Assembly: GCA_030427125.1 (NCBI GenBank)
Contig: JAUHXF010000001.1
Coordinates: 116,102-180,101, forward strand
Length of the DNA stretch: 64,000 nucleotides
Reading direction: 5' to 3'
Origin: a bacterium
GTDB lineage: Bacteria > Patescibacteriota > Saccharimonadia > Saccharimonadales > SZUA-47
The translations under genes were made by a program, and so were the position numbers. Below, in pieces: positions 10,987 to 19,823 of this stretch (the first letter of the stretch is position 1; each line of letters starts with the position of its first letter). The notes beneath the pieces are model-generated. The model ran no database searches. It was given only the letters and a program-made list of their open reading frames with translations, and was not told the DNA's origin.

Positions 10987-11327
10987 TGGCTGAATTATTG
11001 ACTGTTGATCATGAAGGTCAGAGGTTTCCTGTGTCTAGAATTGGGCGAGATGATCCGATTACGTTTGTCATGCCCTTTTCGTGTGTGCGGTGGGACGATA
11101 AAGGTAAGGTGACTTTTCAGCGAGAGTCGCTTCAAGCGGATATCGACAGTAGTGTTGATCCGCCACATGTAGAAGTATTGCATTTGGTGTTACCTCCTGA
11201 CGGTGGCGAGATAGTGAGCCCTGCAACGGCAGATCAAGTAGGATATCTTGCGGCCTGTGCTGAAGTAGATCTTCCTGGGCATTCAGGTGTTGCTGAGCTT
11301 CGTGATTATGCAAACAGGATGCAATGA
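10987..11327 (+). CDS. hypothetical protein embedded between recA and recX
   Basis: ATG at 10987, 3 nt after the recA stop. The longer track ORF from 10947 overlaps recA. No recognisable family. Confidence 0.35.
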
Positions 11328-11953
11328 AGATTACTGCGATTAAGGCCCAGGTAAAAAATGAGAACCGAGTATCTATATTTGTTGACGGGAAGTACTCGGT
11401 TAGTCTGACACTTGATCAGTTATTGGGACAGAAGCTGAAGAAAGATGATGAAATTGATGATGCACGCATAAAAGAGCTGAAAAAACTGTCTGATGAGGGC
11501 AAGCTGAAAGCTCGAGCAACCGAGTGGCTGATGAATCGACCACATTCGGTGCGGGAGTTTCGAGATTATATGTTTAAAAAGCGTGCTGAAAAAGAGCTAA
11601 CAGAAGCTTGGATCGAAGAGTTTACTGATAAAAAGCTTCTGAACGAAGAGCATTTTGCTCGCTGGTTTGCAGAAAACCGCGCACGAAAAAAGAAATCTAA
11701 CCGCGAAATCTCTGCAGAACTTGCAAGCAAGGGGATTTCACGAGAGGTGGCCTCGACTGTACTGACGGAATTACGTGAAGAGAAAACAGAAGAAGAATCA
11801 CTAGCCGAATTAGTGCAAAAACTCCGTAAGAGAACTCGCTACCAAGATGAGCAGAAATTGAAAACATACTTAGTCTCAAAAGGGTTTCGCTATGACGACA
11901 TCAAGCATGCACTTGAAGAAAGTGAAGCGAAATCCGATTTAAATCCGATTTAA
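11324..11953 (+). CDS. recX: regulatory protein RecX
   Basis: Position immediately downstream of recA and a three-repeat helical RecX-like sequence (…EWLMNRPHSVREFRDYMFKK…). The C-terminal KSDLNPI* is encoded by the 33-bp palindromic repeat. Confidence 0.7.
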   Translation: MKITAIKAQVKNENRVSIFVDGKYSVSLTLDQLLGQKLKKDDEIDDARIKELKKLSDEGKLKARATEWLMNRPHSVREFRDYMFKKRAEKELTEAWIEEFTDKKLLNEEHFARWFAENRARKKKSNREISAELASKGISREVASTVLTELREEKTEEESLAELVQKLRKRTRYQDEQKLKTYLVSKGFRYDDIKHALEESEAKSDLNPI

Positions 11954-11962
11954 ATCGGATTT
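11930..11962. repeat. 33-bp palindromic repeat (3 x 11-nt units AAATCCGATTT / AAATCGGATTT), copy 1
   Basis: AAATCCGATTT AAATCCGATTT AAATCGGATTT. Contains the recX stop codon and lies between convergent genes. Confidence 0.7.
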
Positions 11963-11967
11963 GTGTA

Positions 11968-12489
11968 CTAGGCTGCTGCCGCTGCAGGAGATCCTGCACC
12001 CACGCGCACGCTCGTGTCTCGAACGATGATTGCTTTGTTATTAATCTCAACGATCTGATTACGGTCAACAACGAGATCTTGCTTCGTGAGGCCTCGTACT
12101 GCACCGCGTGATACGTACAGTTTCTGAATGAGCATATTCTGGTCGTTCACTGTGTAATTAACTACTTTACCAAGTCGATGTTTTTGGTCTGTCTTGACAG
12201 TCTTGCCAATTACTTCGAAACGCATGTGTAGTAAATTCTCCATCCGCACCAAATCCTCGGGGTGTGTAATCGCATCATGATCGTTCACGATGAAGCCACG
12301 AGCAACAATTTCACGTATTTCGGTGGCCGGTAGCACCATCTCTTCTTTATTGCGCGTTTCTGTTGCGAACCATCCCTCGATACGTAAGTTAGCAGGGTTG
12401 ATAATCGGTGCATATGCATGACCGATAGGAGCACCGACACGCAAGCTCATAATGTCTTTATCGGTATAGTATTCTGAAAACCTCAGCAT
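11968..12489 (-). CDS. PRC-barrel-like domain protein (hypothetical)
   Basis: The internal Met MLRFSEYY… is the likely start. Two repeats resembling PRC-barrel halves. Convergent with recX. Confidence 0.3.
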   Translation of the reverse strand: MLRFSEYYTDKDIMSLRVGAPIGHAYAPIINPANLRIEGWFATETRNKEEMVLPATEIREIVARGFIVNDHDAITHPEDLVRMENLLHMRFEVIGKTVKTDQKHRLGKVVNYTVNDQNMLIQKLYVSRGAVRGLTKQDLVVDRNQIVEINNKAIIVRDTSVRVGAGSPAAAAA

Positions 12490-12540
12490 AGCTTTAGTAT
12501 AATACACTCCATGAAGGCCTGTTTTGAGACAAATAGCGAG

Positions 12541-12984
12541 ATGGAGACTCAAGCATTAGGTATAAAAATTGGAAAAGTTCTTCATGGCGGCGAGATTATA
12601 GAGCTCTCAAGTGATGTTGGGGGTGGTAAAACTACATTAACCAAGGCTATAGCTAAGGGCGCGGGCTCGACGGACCTCGTTCACTCGCCTACGTTTACCG
12701 TCTCAAATGTTTATCAGGCAAAAGACCTGGAGATTCATCACTATGACTTTTACCGTATTGATCAGTTGGGTCTAATGAGTGAAGAATTAGGAGAAGTTAT
12801 AGATAACCCAAAAGCAGTTGTGATTATTGAGTGGGCGGGAGAGGCTCATGACTTACTGCCGACAGAAAAGCTTACACGTGTAACTTTGAGCCGAACAGGC
12901 AGGGGTGAAAATAGCCGTAGTCTAGAGATTGAAACAAACGCTGCTTTTCTTAAAAAAGCGGATCTAGGAGAGTCGTCATGTTGA
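12541..12984 (+). CDS. tsaE: tRNA threonylcarbamoyladenosine biosynthesis protein TsaE
   Basis: P-loop SDVGGGKTTLTKAIAKG and YjeE-like size. Start taken at the internal Met (METQALGI). Confidence 0.7.
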   Translation: METQALGIKIGKVLHGGEIIELSSDVGGGKTTLTKAIAKGAGSTDLVHSPTFTVSNVYQAKDLEIHHYDFYRIDQLGLMSEELGEVIDNPKAVVIIEWAGEAHDLLPTEKLTRVTLSRTGRGENSRSLEIETNAAFLKKADLGESSC

Positions 12985-13361
12985 TGTTAGCGTTGCGCAC
13001 AGACAAACCGGAGGCCGAGCTGTATTTATACGAAAATGGAGTTGAATTGGGCAGCGTAGTCTGGCAAGCACACCGGCAACTTGCAGAAACGCTTCACAAG
13101 AAAATTGTAGAGCTATTGAACGAGAACAGTAAAGACCAACAATCTCTAGAGAAAATTGGGGCATATGAAGGTCCTGGTTCTTTTACGGGTTTGAGGATTG
13201 GATTAAGCGTCGCTAACACACTTTCATATGCACTACAAATACCTATTGTCGGTGCTAGTGGGGATGATTGGCTCAATCAATGCGTGCAATTTGACGGCTC
13301 GATGGAGCCTGTCATTCCGCAGTATGGTGCAGACCCTCACATCACCAAACAAAAGAAGTAA
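12978..13361 (+). CDS. tsaB: TsaB (YeaZ)-like protein, short form (N-terminal domain only)
   Basis: GPGSFTGLRIG motif of the YeaZ/Kae1 fold. Only 127 aa, so it lacks the C-terminal half of canonical TsaB. Confidence 0.6.
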   Translation: MLMLALRTDKPEAELYLYENGVELGSVVWQAHRQLAETLHKKIVELLNENSKDQQSLEKIGAYEGPGSFTGLRIGLSVANTLSYALQIPIVGASGDDWLNQCVQFDGSMEPVIPQYGADPHITKQKK

Positions 13362-13506
13362 AACCTGGAAGTACAGACATTAGATAGATTGTGAAGCACG
13401 TATAGTAGGTCGAACCAGAATAATCGCGCGCTATTGCAGAGGTCCGACCTCTGCATGGATGTAGATGTATAAGGTTCAGAAGCAATTTGAAGAAGTATAA
13501 AAATTG

Positions 13507-13529
13507 AAATTGCAAAAAATTTGCAATTT
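13507..13529. promoter_or_regulatory. perfect AT-rich palindrome AAATTGCAAAAAATTTGCAATTT upstream of surface-protein island
   Basis: Inverted repeat ATTGCAAA/TTTGCAAT, 210 bp upstream of the first island gene. Confidence 0.3.
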
Positions 13530-13740
13530 TAATCTGAGAGTAGATTGATGATGAGAAGTAAAAATAAAGCAGAGTTAATGGCTAGTTAGCACACGAGTGA
13601 TGTGCAATAGTCAACAATAAGCATAAACGACTTGACACACATAACAGATACACTTATAGTCGTCTTTGTAGTAATTAAAAACACATAACTTATAAGACAA
13701 AGAATCTCGCACAAAACTCTTTGTTGAAAGGGCGTAAAAC

Positions 13741-15564
13741 ATGAAATCAAATATTATAAAACTTGTTGGAGTGCAGGCTTTGCTAGTATTCGCGGCTTTG
13801 TTGTTCGGTGGAGCTAGCGCAAATGCTGCTGCCGACACATGTGTCTGGACCGGTGGTGGAACTGGAACAGTAGATTCCGGGGCAAATACAATCACATTTA
13901 ACGTTAACGACGCGTCTAACTGGAGCACTTGTGATAACGGTGCTATTCCAGAAGCAGGCGATACGCTCGAATTCCCAGCTAACCTTGCAGACGTAGATCC
14001 TGGAGACACAATTGATGATAATGACGAGTGGCAGTGGACGTATATAGTGAATAATGACTTGGCTGCTGATACAGCTTTTGCAGCGATAAACTTCACTGGA
14101 GACGCCGGGGACGACAATGTCAACAATGACGGTTATAAGCTTGCGGGTAATGCAATTCAGTTAAACGGAGACATTACTTTGGGGTATAACACTTATAACG
14201 AACGGCCGGAGATTCGACTAGATGTTGAAGCGCTAACCGATGTGGCGTTAGGGGTTGGTTTTGGTTCAAATTCAACACTTACTTATGGTGCGAATGAATT
14301 AACCTTAGGAAGTAATGGGTATCCTTCTTTTAGCGCAGAATTCAACGGTACTGGTGTCATAAATATTGGGCAAGCAAACTTTAACTTAGCAAGCACGAGC
14401 TCAATTGGCTCCTCTATAGTGGTTCAAGACGACAGGCGAATTTATGTGGATCTTAATTCACCTCTTAACGACTCAGGGCTCACAATCACGTTAGGTGATG
14501 GTGCCAGCATGGATATCAGCTCGTCACAGGCAGATTTTGATACCCTAAATACCAACATAGTATTTGTAGGAAGCGGCACCACAACATCTTATTCAACTAG
14601 TAATAATTATTCAGATCCTTCAAGTTCAGTCGAGGTTGAGAATTATAGAGGGTCAATTAGCGGGTCAGAATATAACCCTGAAACAGAAAAAACAACTCTA
14701 TTTGGTATAACACTAGCTGGCGATATGACATTGTCCAGCGATACAGTTTTACAATTACGCAGTGATGCTGAAATTACAGGTGATATTAGTGGTGAATATG
14801 AGATATCGTTAATGGCAGGTTCCGTTGGGCGTCTGGCTATTAGCAGCGAGAATAATGACAGTGAAACAAGTGGTACATTGTCTGCAGAAATGATCACTTT
14901 TAATCTGTTTGACGAAGCATTTGATATATGGCTTGCGGCAGGTAGAATCGGCATTTTGTCTCCAGATGAGGAGATTGATGACAAGCTAACTGTAATTCAG
15001 GGGGCTCGTTTACAGGGCGAAGGACAAGTAGCGGGACTAGAAGTACAGACTGGTGCGGTTGTAGCACCCGGAAATAGTCCAGGTTGTATTGTGTCTGACG
15101 GTGACCTAGAGCTGAACGGTACATACGAGTTTGAGATAGAAGAAGATACTGAATGTACCGGGTACGATCAGCTCGATGTGACAGGTGCAGTCGACATTAC
15201 TGGTGCGACTCTAGAGATATCACTTCTAGACGATTACAACTTCGATGTTGATACTGAGTTTATCTTGATAAATAATGATGGCTCAGATGATGTGACGGGT
15301 GAATTTGATGGGCTTGAGGAAGGTGACACAATCACCGTTGATGGCAATGATTTCGAAATTAGCTACGAAGGTGGTGATGGAAATGATGTATCAGTTCTCG
15401 CAATAAGCATATCTGATGAAAATGCTGCTTCTGAAGAGGCTCCTGGAGCTCCTGATACAGGTGTTGGTTCACTCATGCAGAATCCGATGGTAACACTATT
15501 AGCAGCAGTGCTCGCAGCTGGTGCGATAGTTGGATTGCGAAAAGTACAAAGCTCACGAAACTAA
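13741..15564 (+). CDS. secreted beta-helix/PATR-repeat surface protein with C-terminal APxTG-type sorting signal
   Basis: Signal peptide. An autotransporter-associated (PATR)-like motif (CVWTGGGTG…NWSTCDNG…P…D…F). C-terminus …EAPGAPDTGVGS + hydrophobic helix + LRKVQSSRN. Confidence 0.6.
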   Translation: MKSNIIKLVGVQALLVFAALLFGGASANAAADTCVWTGGGTGTVDSGANTITFNVNDASNWSTCDNGAIPEAGDTLEFPANLADVDPGDTIDDNDEWQWTYIVNNDLAADTAFAAINFTGDAGDDNVNNDGYKLAGNAIQLNGDITLGYNTYNERPEIRLDVEALTDVALGVGFGSNSTLTYGANELTLGSNGYPSFSAEFNGTGVINIGQANFNLASTSSIGSSIVVQDDRRIYVDLNSPLNDSGLTITLGDGASMDISSSQADFDTLNTNIVFVGSGTTTSYSTSNNYSDPSSSVEVENYRGSISGSEYNPETEKTTLFGITLAGDMTLSSDTVLQLRSDAEITGDISGEYEISLMAGSVGRLAISSENNDSETSGTLSAEMITFNLFDEAFDIWLAAGRIGILSPDEEIDDKLTVIQGARLQGEGQVAGLEVQTGAVVAPGNSPGCIVSDGDLELNGTYEFEIEEDTECTGYDQLDVTGAVDITGATLEISLLDDYNFDVDTEFILINNDGSDDVTGEFDGLEEGDTITVDGNDFEISYEGGDGNDVSVLAISISDENAASEEAPGAPDTGVGSLMQNPMVTLLAAVLAAGAIVGLRKVQSSRN

Positions 15565-15588
15565 AAAAAGAAAAAAGGAGAAAGAAAA

Positions 15589-16818
15589 ATGAGCAAAATG
15601 AAAAAAGTAAAAGCAGCCGTTCTCTCGACGGTAGTTGGTGCAATGTCGCCACTCGCAATGATTGCACCTGCGTCGGCAATTACAAATACTTGGACAGGCT
15701 TTGACGAGTCGAGCAATAATTGGAACAATTCAGACAACTGGTCATCTGGTTTCGGTCCAGGCAACGGTGACACATTAATTTTTCCTACATCAGCTCGATA
15801 TCAAGTTACGGAAAATGATATTGCGGGAACACTAGAGCTTGTAAGTATTATTTTCAACGGGGAATTTGACCCCGTTAACAACAGTTCAAAAGACTTCAGT
15901 ATTGAAGGCGGTTCAATAGAAATTTCAGACTCTATTCAAGCTAAAATGACTGGCAATGGCGGTAATCATACAATAGACTCTGATGTTGTGCTTGGTGATG
16001 ATGTTACTTTCAGTACCTCAGGAGTAGACACTTTAACAGTAGGTGGTGACGAAACGACACTTGATCTTGCGGGTAACGCACTTACATTGAGCGCTTCAGG
16101 TGGAACCATTACTATACAAGGTGTGATCGATGGTGAAGGAAGCGTAGAAGTCGCTAAAGGTAGAGTGAACATGCTTGCTGAGCCTGGCGATGACTATGAT
16201 GCGACAACAACAGTGTCTGGCGGTGAATATATCGTATCTGCAACAAGCCAGGGTAGTGTCACAATCGATGGTGGTGTACTTAAGGGAGAAAGTGGTGACA
16301 CAGGACTTCTAGGTACGGTAACACTCAATGACGGTTCAATTGAGCCGGGTATGAGCCCAGGCTGTCTCAATGTTTCAGAGTTAGTCCTCAATGGTGGTAC
16401 ATACGAAGTCGAACTTGAAGGCAATGCACAGTGTACAGAGTATGACTCTACAGCTGTAGCTGGCGATGTTGATCTCGGTGAAGGAGATGTGACGCTGGAT
16501 ATTCAAAGACTATCAAGCTTTGAGCCAGAAGTAGATGATGTGTTTGCAATCATTACTTACTCTGATGACTCCGATGTAAGTGGCTATTTTGAAGGTCTCG
16601 AAGATGGTGAATCTGTAACACTCGCTGAGTACACATATGAGATTAACTATGACGATGATGATGCTGTCACGTTAACGGTGCTTGGAACACCAGAAGCACC
16701 ATATACGGGTGTTGGGTCGCTGCTAAACAGTCCGTTGCTTACGCTAAGTGCAGCTGGAGCAGTGTTAGTTGTTCTTGGTGCAACACGGTACGCACAAGTG
16801 AAGAAGACGCAAAAGTAA
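15589..16818 (+). CDS. secreted PATR/beta-helix surface protein with C-terminal APxTG-type sorting signal (paralog)
   Basis: Signal peptide and NTWTGFDESSNNWNNSDNWSSG…P. C-terminus …EAPYTGVGS + TM + RYAQVKKTQK. The RBS-like AAAGGAG precedes it. Confidence 0.6.
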   Translation: MSKMKKVKAAVLSTVVGAMSPLAMIAPASAITNTWTGFDESSNNWNNSDNWSSGFGPGNGDTLIFPTSARYQVTENDIAGTLELVSIIFNGEFDPVNNSSKDFSIEGGSIEISDSIQAKMTGNGGNHTIDSDVVLGDDVTFSTSGVDTLTVGGDETTLDLAGNALTLSASGGTITIQGVIDGEGSVEVAKGRVNMLAEPGDDYDATTTVSGGEYIVSATSQGSVTIDGGVLKGESGDTGLLGTVTLNDGSIEPGMSPGCLNVSELVLNGGTYEVELEGNAQCTEYDSTAVAGDVDLGEGDVTLDIQRLSSFEPEVDDVFAIITYSDDSDVSGYFEGLEDGESVTLAEYTYEINYDDDDAVTLTVLGTPEAPYTGVGSLLNSPLLTLSAAGAVLVVLGATRYAQVKKTQK

Positions 16819-16890
16819 GTTAAAAAGTAAAACGGAATAACATCACACCCCGGGCGCAACTAAGGGGTGTGATGTTTCAAAAGAAAAAAC

Positions 16891-18006
16891 ATGGGTGCAC
16901 AATCACAATCAAACTCAAATCGACTTTCGCTGAATAGTTCAGTGTTTGCTGGTCGTGTAAAGAAGTTCGATACATATGAACCACGACCAGCTCAACAGCA
17001 GCGACCTATTCAGCGTACATCGATACAGCAGGTAGCTCAGAAAAAGATAGTTGCTCCACAGCCGCTCGCCATAGCTAAGCCAGTGGCTCAAATGAGGCCT
17101 GCTGTTTTGAAGAAGCCAGTGTTGAAGCAGCCCGCAGCAGTAGAAAAGCCTAGCCTATACAGAGCTATCCCTAAGCAGAATGTTGGTGATCAAGAACAGT
17201 CAATGCGTCCGACACATACACTTGCTATGCAGGCAGTTGGCCAATCTAACGCAAAGCAGAAATCAGTGCTTGCTGATCAGTTTGAAGAATCGCTTTATAT
17301 GAACGCTAATAAGCCAAAGCAGGAAAAATCTAAGTTGGTTACCGCGATGAACACGGTGGCAGTTATTGTGTTTATCTTTGCGAGTGCGGTTAGCGTGCAA
17401 ACTCTGTTGACTAATCGGCAGACCCAGGATGTACTCGCCGACAAAGCCGAGCAAGTTCAAACAGCAGATGCGCAGGGAGTTTCTGAAGGAACTGGTCGTG
17501 ATCCTGCTGAAGAGCCTGTGCCAGATAACGCTATTATTAACTACCAGGTAGCGCCAGAGTTGCCTAGATACCTAAGCATCCCAGACATCGGCGTATTTGC
17601 ACGTATTAAGCACACGGGTCGGGATGACAGCGGGGCAGTTGATGCGCCACGCAATATACATGACGTTAGTTGGTATACAGAAAGTGCTAAGCCAGGAAAT
17701 GCCATCGGTGCTTCGTTGCTTCTCGGGCATGTTCAAGGCTGGAGTGCGCCAGGAGTGTTTAAGGAAATTGACAAGCTGCAGCCCGGAGCTCGTTTCACCG
17801 TTGAAAAAGGTAGCGGAGAGACGATTACCTATGAAGTAACAAGGGGTCAAGAATACTCACTTGAAGAATTGAACATGGGCAAAATTCTAAGCGCTGAAGA
17901 GTCCGGAGAGCACGATATGAAGCTGATGACATGCGCTGGAGCGTTTGACGCATCGACAGAAAGCTATATGTCGCGCTATGTTGTCTATGCAAAAGTTGTT
18001 CGATAA
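16891..18006 (+). CDS. sortase (class E/F-like) with long Q/P/K-rich N-terminal cytoplasmic extension
   Basis: TM helix then a catalytic domain with LLLGHVQGW (His), KLMTCAG (the TLxTC Cys) and a downstream Arg. Located directly after two candidate substrates. Confidence 0.75.
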   Translation: MGAQSQSNSNRLSLNSSVFAGRVKKFDTYEPRPAQQQRPIQRTSIQQVAQKKIVAPQPLAIAKPVAQMRPAVLKKPVLKQPAAVEKPSLYRAIPKQNVGDQEQSMRPTHTLAMQAVGQSNAKQKSVLADQFEESLYMNANKPKQEKSKLVTAMNTVAVIVFIFASAVSVQTLLTNRQTQDVLADKAEQVQTADAQGVSEGTGRDPAEEPVPDNAIINYQVAPELPRYLSIPDIGVFARIKHTGRDDSGAVDAPRNIHDVSWYTESAKPGNAIGASLLLGHVQGWSAPGVFKEIDKLQPGARFTVEKGSGETITYEVTRGQEYSLEELNMGKILSAEESGEHDMKLMTCAGAFDASTESYMSRYVVYAKVVR

Positions 18007-18197
18007 ACCATTGCACTGAAGTGCCTTGACGTCGTATGATTATTGCAAGTTTACGTCCCAAAAGTGTGAGTGGATATAAGCTTTATTGAATTTTATTATA
18101 TTTCGATTTATTGTTGCAGTTCGATTGACTAATGAAGTGATAGTGACGTCACAGAAGGCTGTAACAGCTCGATACAAAAAGAAAGGAAGGTCCAATA

Positions 18198-19712
18198 ATG
18201 GATCCGATTACCATTGTTGCAGCTGTGGTGGCTGCTGGTGTTGGCTTTGGTGCTAGCAACTACACGACGAAACAAAAGATAGGTTCAGCTGAAGAGAAAG
18301 CTACTAAAGAGCTCGAAAAAGCCAAGCGTGAAGGTAAAAAAGCAGTAGAAGAGGCTAAAGAAGAAGCACATAAAATTGCCGAAGAAGCACGTAAAGATGA
18401 AAAAAAGCGTCGCGATGAAATCAAAGAGGTTGAAAAACGGCTGTTGGATCGTGAGACTAATTTAGACAAGAAGCTTGATGAACTTGATAAGCGCGCTGAA
18501 AAACTACGAAAAGGTGAAGATGAAGTCGAAGCACTCAAGAACGAGATTCGTGATATTCGGACCAGGCAGCAGGACAAGCTCGAGAAGATTGCTAAGCTAA
18601 AGAAGACCGAAGCAGCTGAAAAGCTTATGGCAATGACCGAACGTGATATTAAAGGTGATCTCGAAGGCCTTGTTGCGAAGTTGCAGAACGAAGCCAAAGA
18701 GAATGCAGAAGAACTTGCCGGGACCGCAATCGTTGAGGCAATGGAACGTATGGCTTCTGAAGTGACAGCAGAGCGCACAATCAGCGCGTTGAAACTAACC
18801 GACGACGAAATGAAAGGTCGAATTATCGGTAAAGAAGGCCGAAATATCCAGGCTATTCAGAAAGCCACTGGCGTAGATGTCATGGTTGATGACACGCCTG
18901 GTATGGTTGTGTTGAGCTCATTCGATCCTATTCGTCGTGCCGTGGCGGTTCGAGTGATGGAGATGCTCATGAAAGACGGCCGAATCCATCCTGGTCGGAT
19001 TGAAGAAGTTGTTGAAAAAGCGCAGAAAGAAATTCATAAAGACGTGATGCGCGCGGGTGAAGACGCTGCGCGTGAAGTTGGTATTGTCGGCATTCCGAAA
19101 GAAGTACTCGAGCTCATTGGGCAACTCAAGTATCGAACAAGCTATGGTCAGAATGTCTTGAAGCACTCAACCGAAATGGCGCATATGGCAGGGATCCTCG
19201 CTGAGCAAGTTGGCGCTGATGTGAAGACGGCAAAGTACGCAGCGCTTATTCACGATATGGGCAAGGCACTGACGCACAAGATGGAAGGAAAGCATCACCA
19301 TATCTCCGGTGAAATGGCTCGAAAGTATGGAGTGCCTGAAGCGGTAGCACAAGCTGCGGAACAACATCATGACGATGTTGAGGCGACAAGTACCGAGGCA
19401 ATCATTATTCGGGTAGTTGATGCAATATCCGCTGCTCGTCCAGGTGCACGAAACATTTCTGCAGAGAACTTCGCAGAACGAATGAAGGATCTTGAGAATA
19501 CTGCACTTTCATTTGAAGGTGTCGATAAAGCATACGCAATTAGTGCAGGTCGTGAAGTTCGTGTTTTCGTTAAGCCAACCAAGCTCGACGATCTCGGAGC
19601 GATTAAGCTTGCTCGTGATGTTGCAAATAAGATCGAATCGACGATGCAATACCCAGGTACGATTAAGGTGAATGTCATCCGCGAAACTCGTGCTATAGAA
19701 TTCGCTAAGTAG
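18198..19712 (+). CDS. rny: ribonuclease Y
   Basis: N-terminal TM, coiled-coil, KH domain (GRIIGKEGRNIQAIQKATG) and HD domain (H…HD motif). Confidence 0.9.
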   Translation: MDPITIVAAVVAAGVGFGASNYTTKQKIGSAEEKATKELEKAKREGKKAVEEAKEEAHKIAEEARKDEKKRRDEIKEVEKRLLDRETNLDKKLDELDKRAEKLRKGEDEVEALKNEIRDIRTRQQDKLEKIAKLKKTEAAEKLMAMTERDIKGDLEGLVAKLQNEAKENAEELAGTAIVEAMERMASEVTAERTISALKLTDDEMKGRIIGKEGRNIQAIQKATGVDVMVDDTPGMVVLSSFDPIRRAVAVRVMEMLMKDGRIHPGRIEEVVEKAQKEIHKDVMRAGEDAAREVGIVGIPKEVLELIGQLKYRTSYGQNVLKHSTEMAHMAGILAEQVGADVKTAKYAALIHDMGKALTHKMEGKHHHISGEMARKYGVPEAVAQAAEQHHDDVEATSTEAIIIRVVDAISAARPGARNISAENFAERMKDLENTALSFEGVDKAYAISAGREVRVFVKPTKLDDLGAIKLARDVANKIESTMQYPGTIKVNVIRETRAIEFAK

Positions 19713-19823
19713 CTAAATTCTACAACGCATTACGCTTGTGGCTACCCCTGTATTTTGGCTATACTGTTATAGATAGCTGAAAACAGGGGTAGTTCTATTT
19801 CTGCGAGGATAGATCGATCGGTA

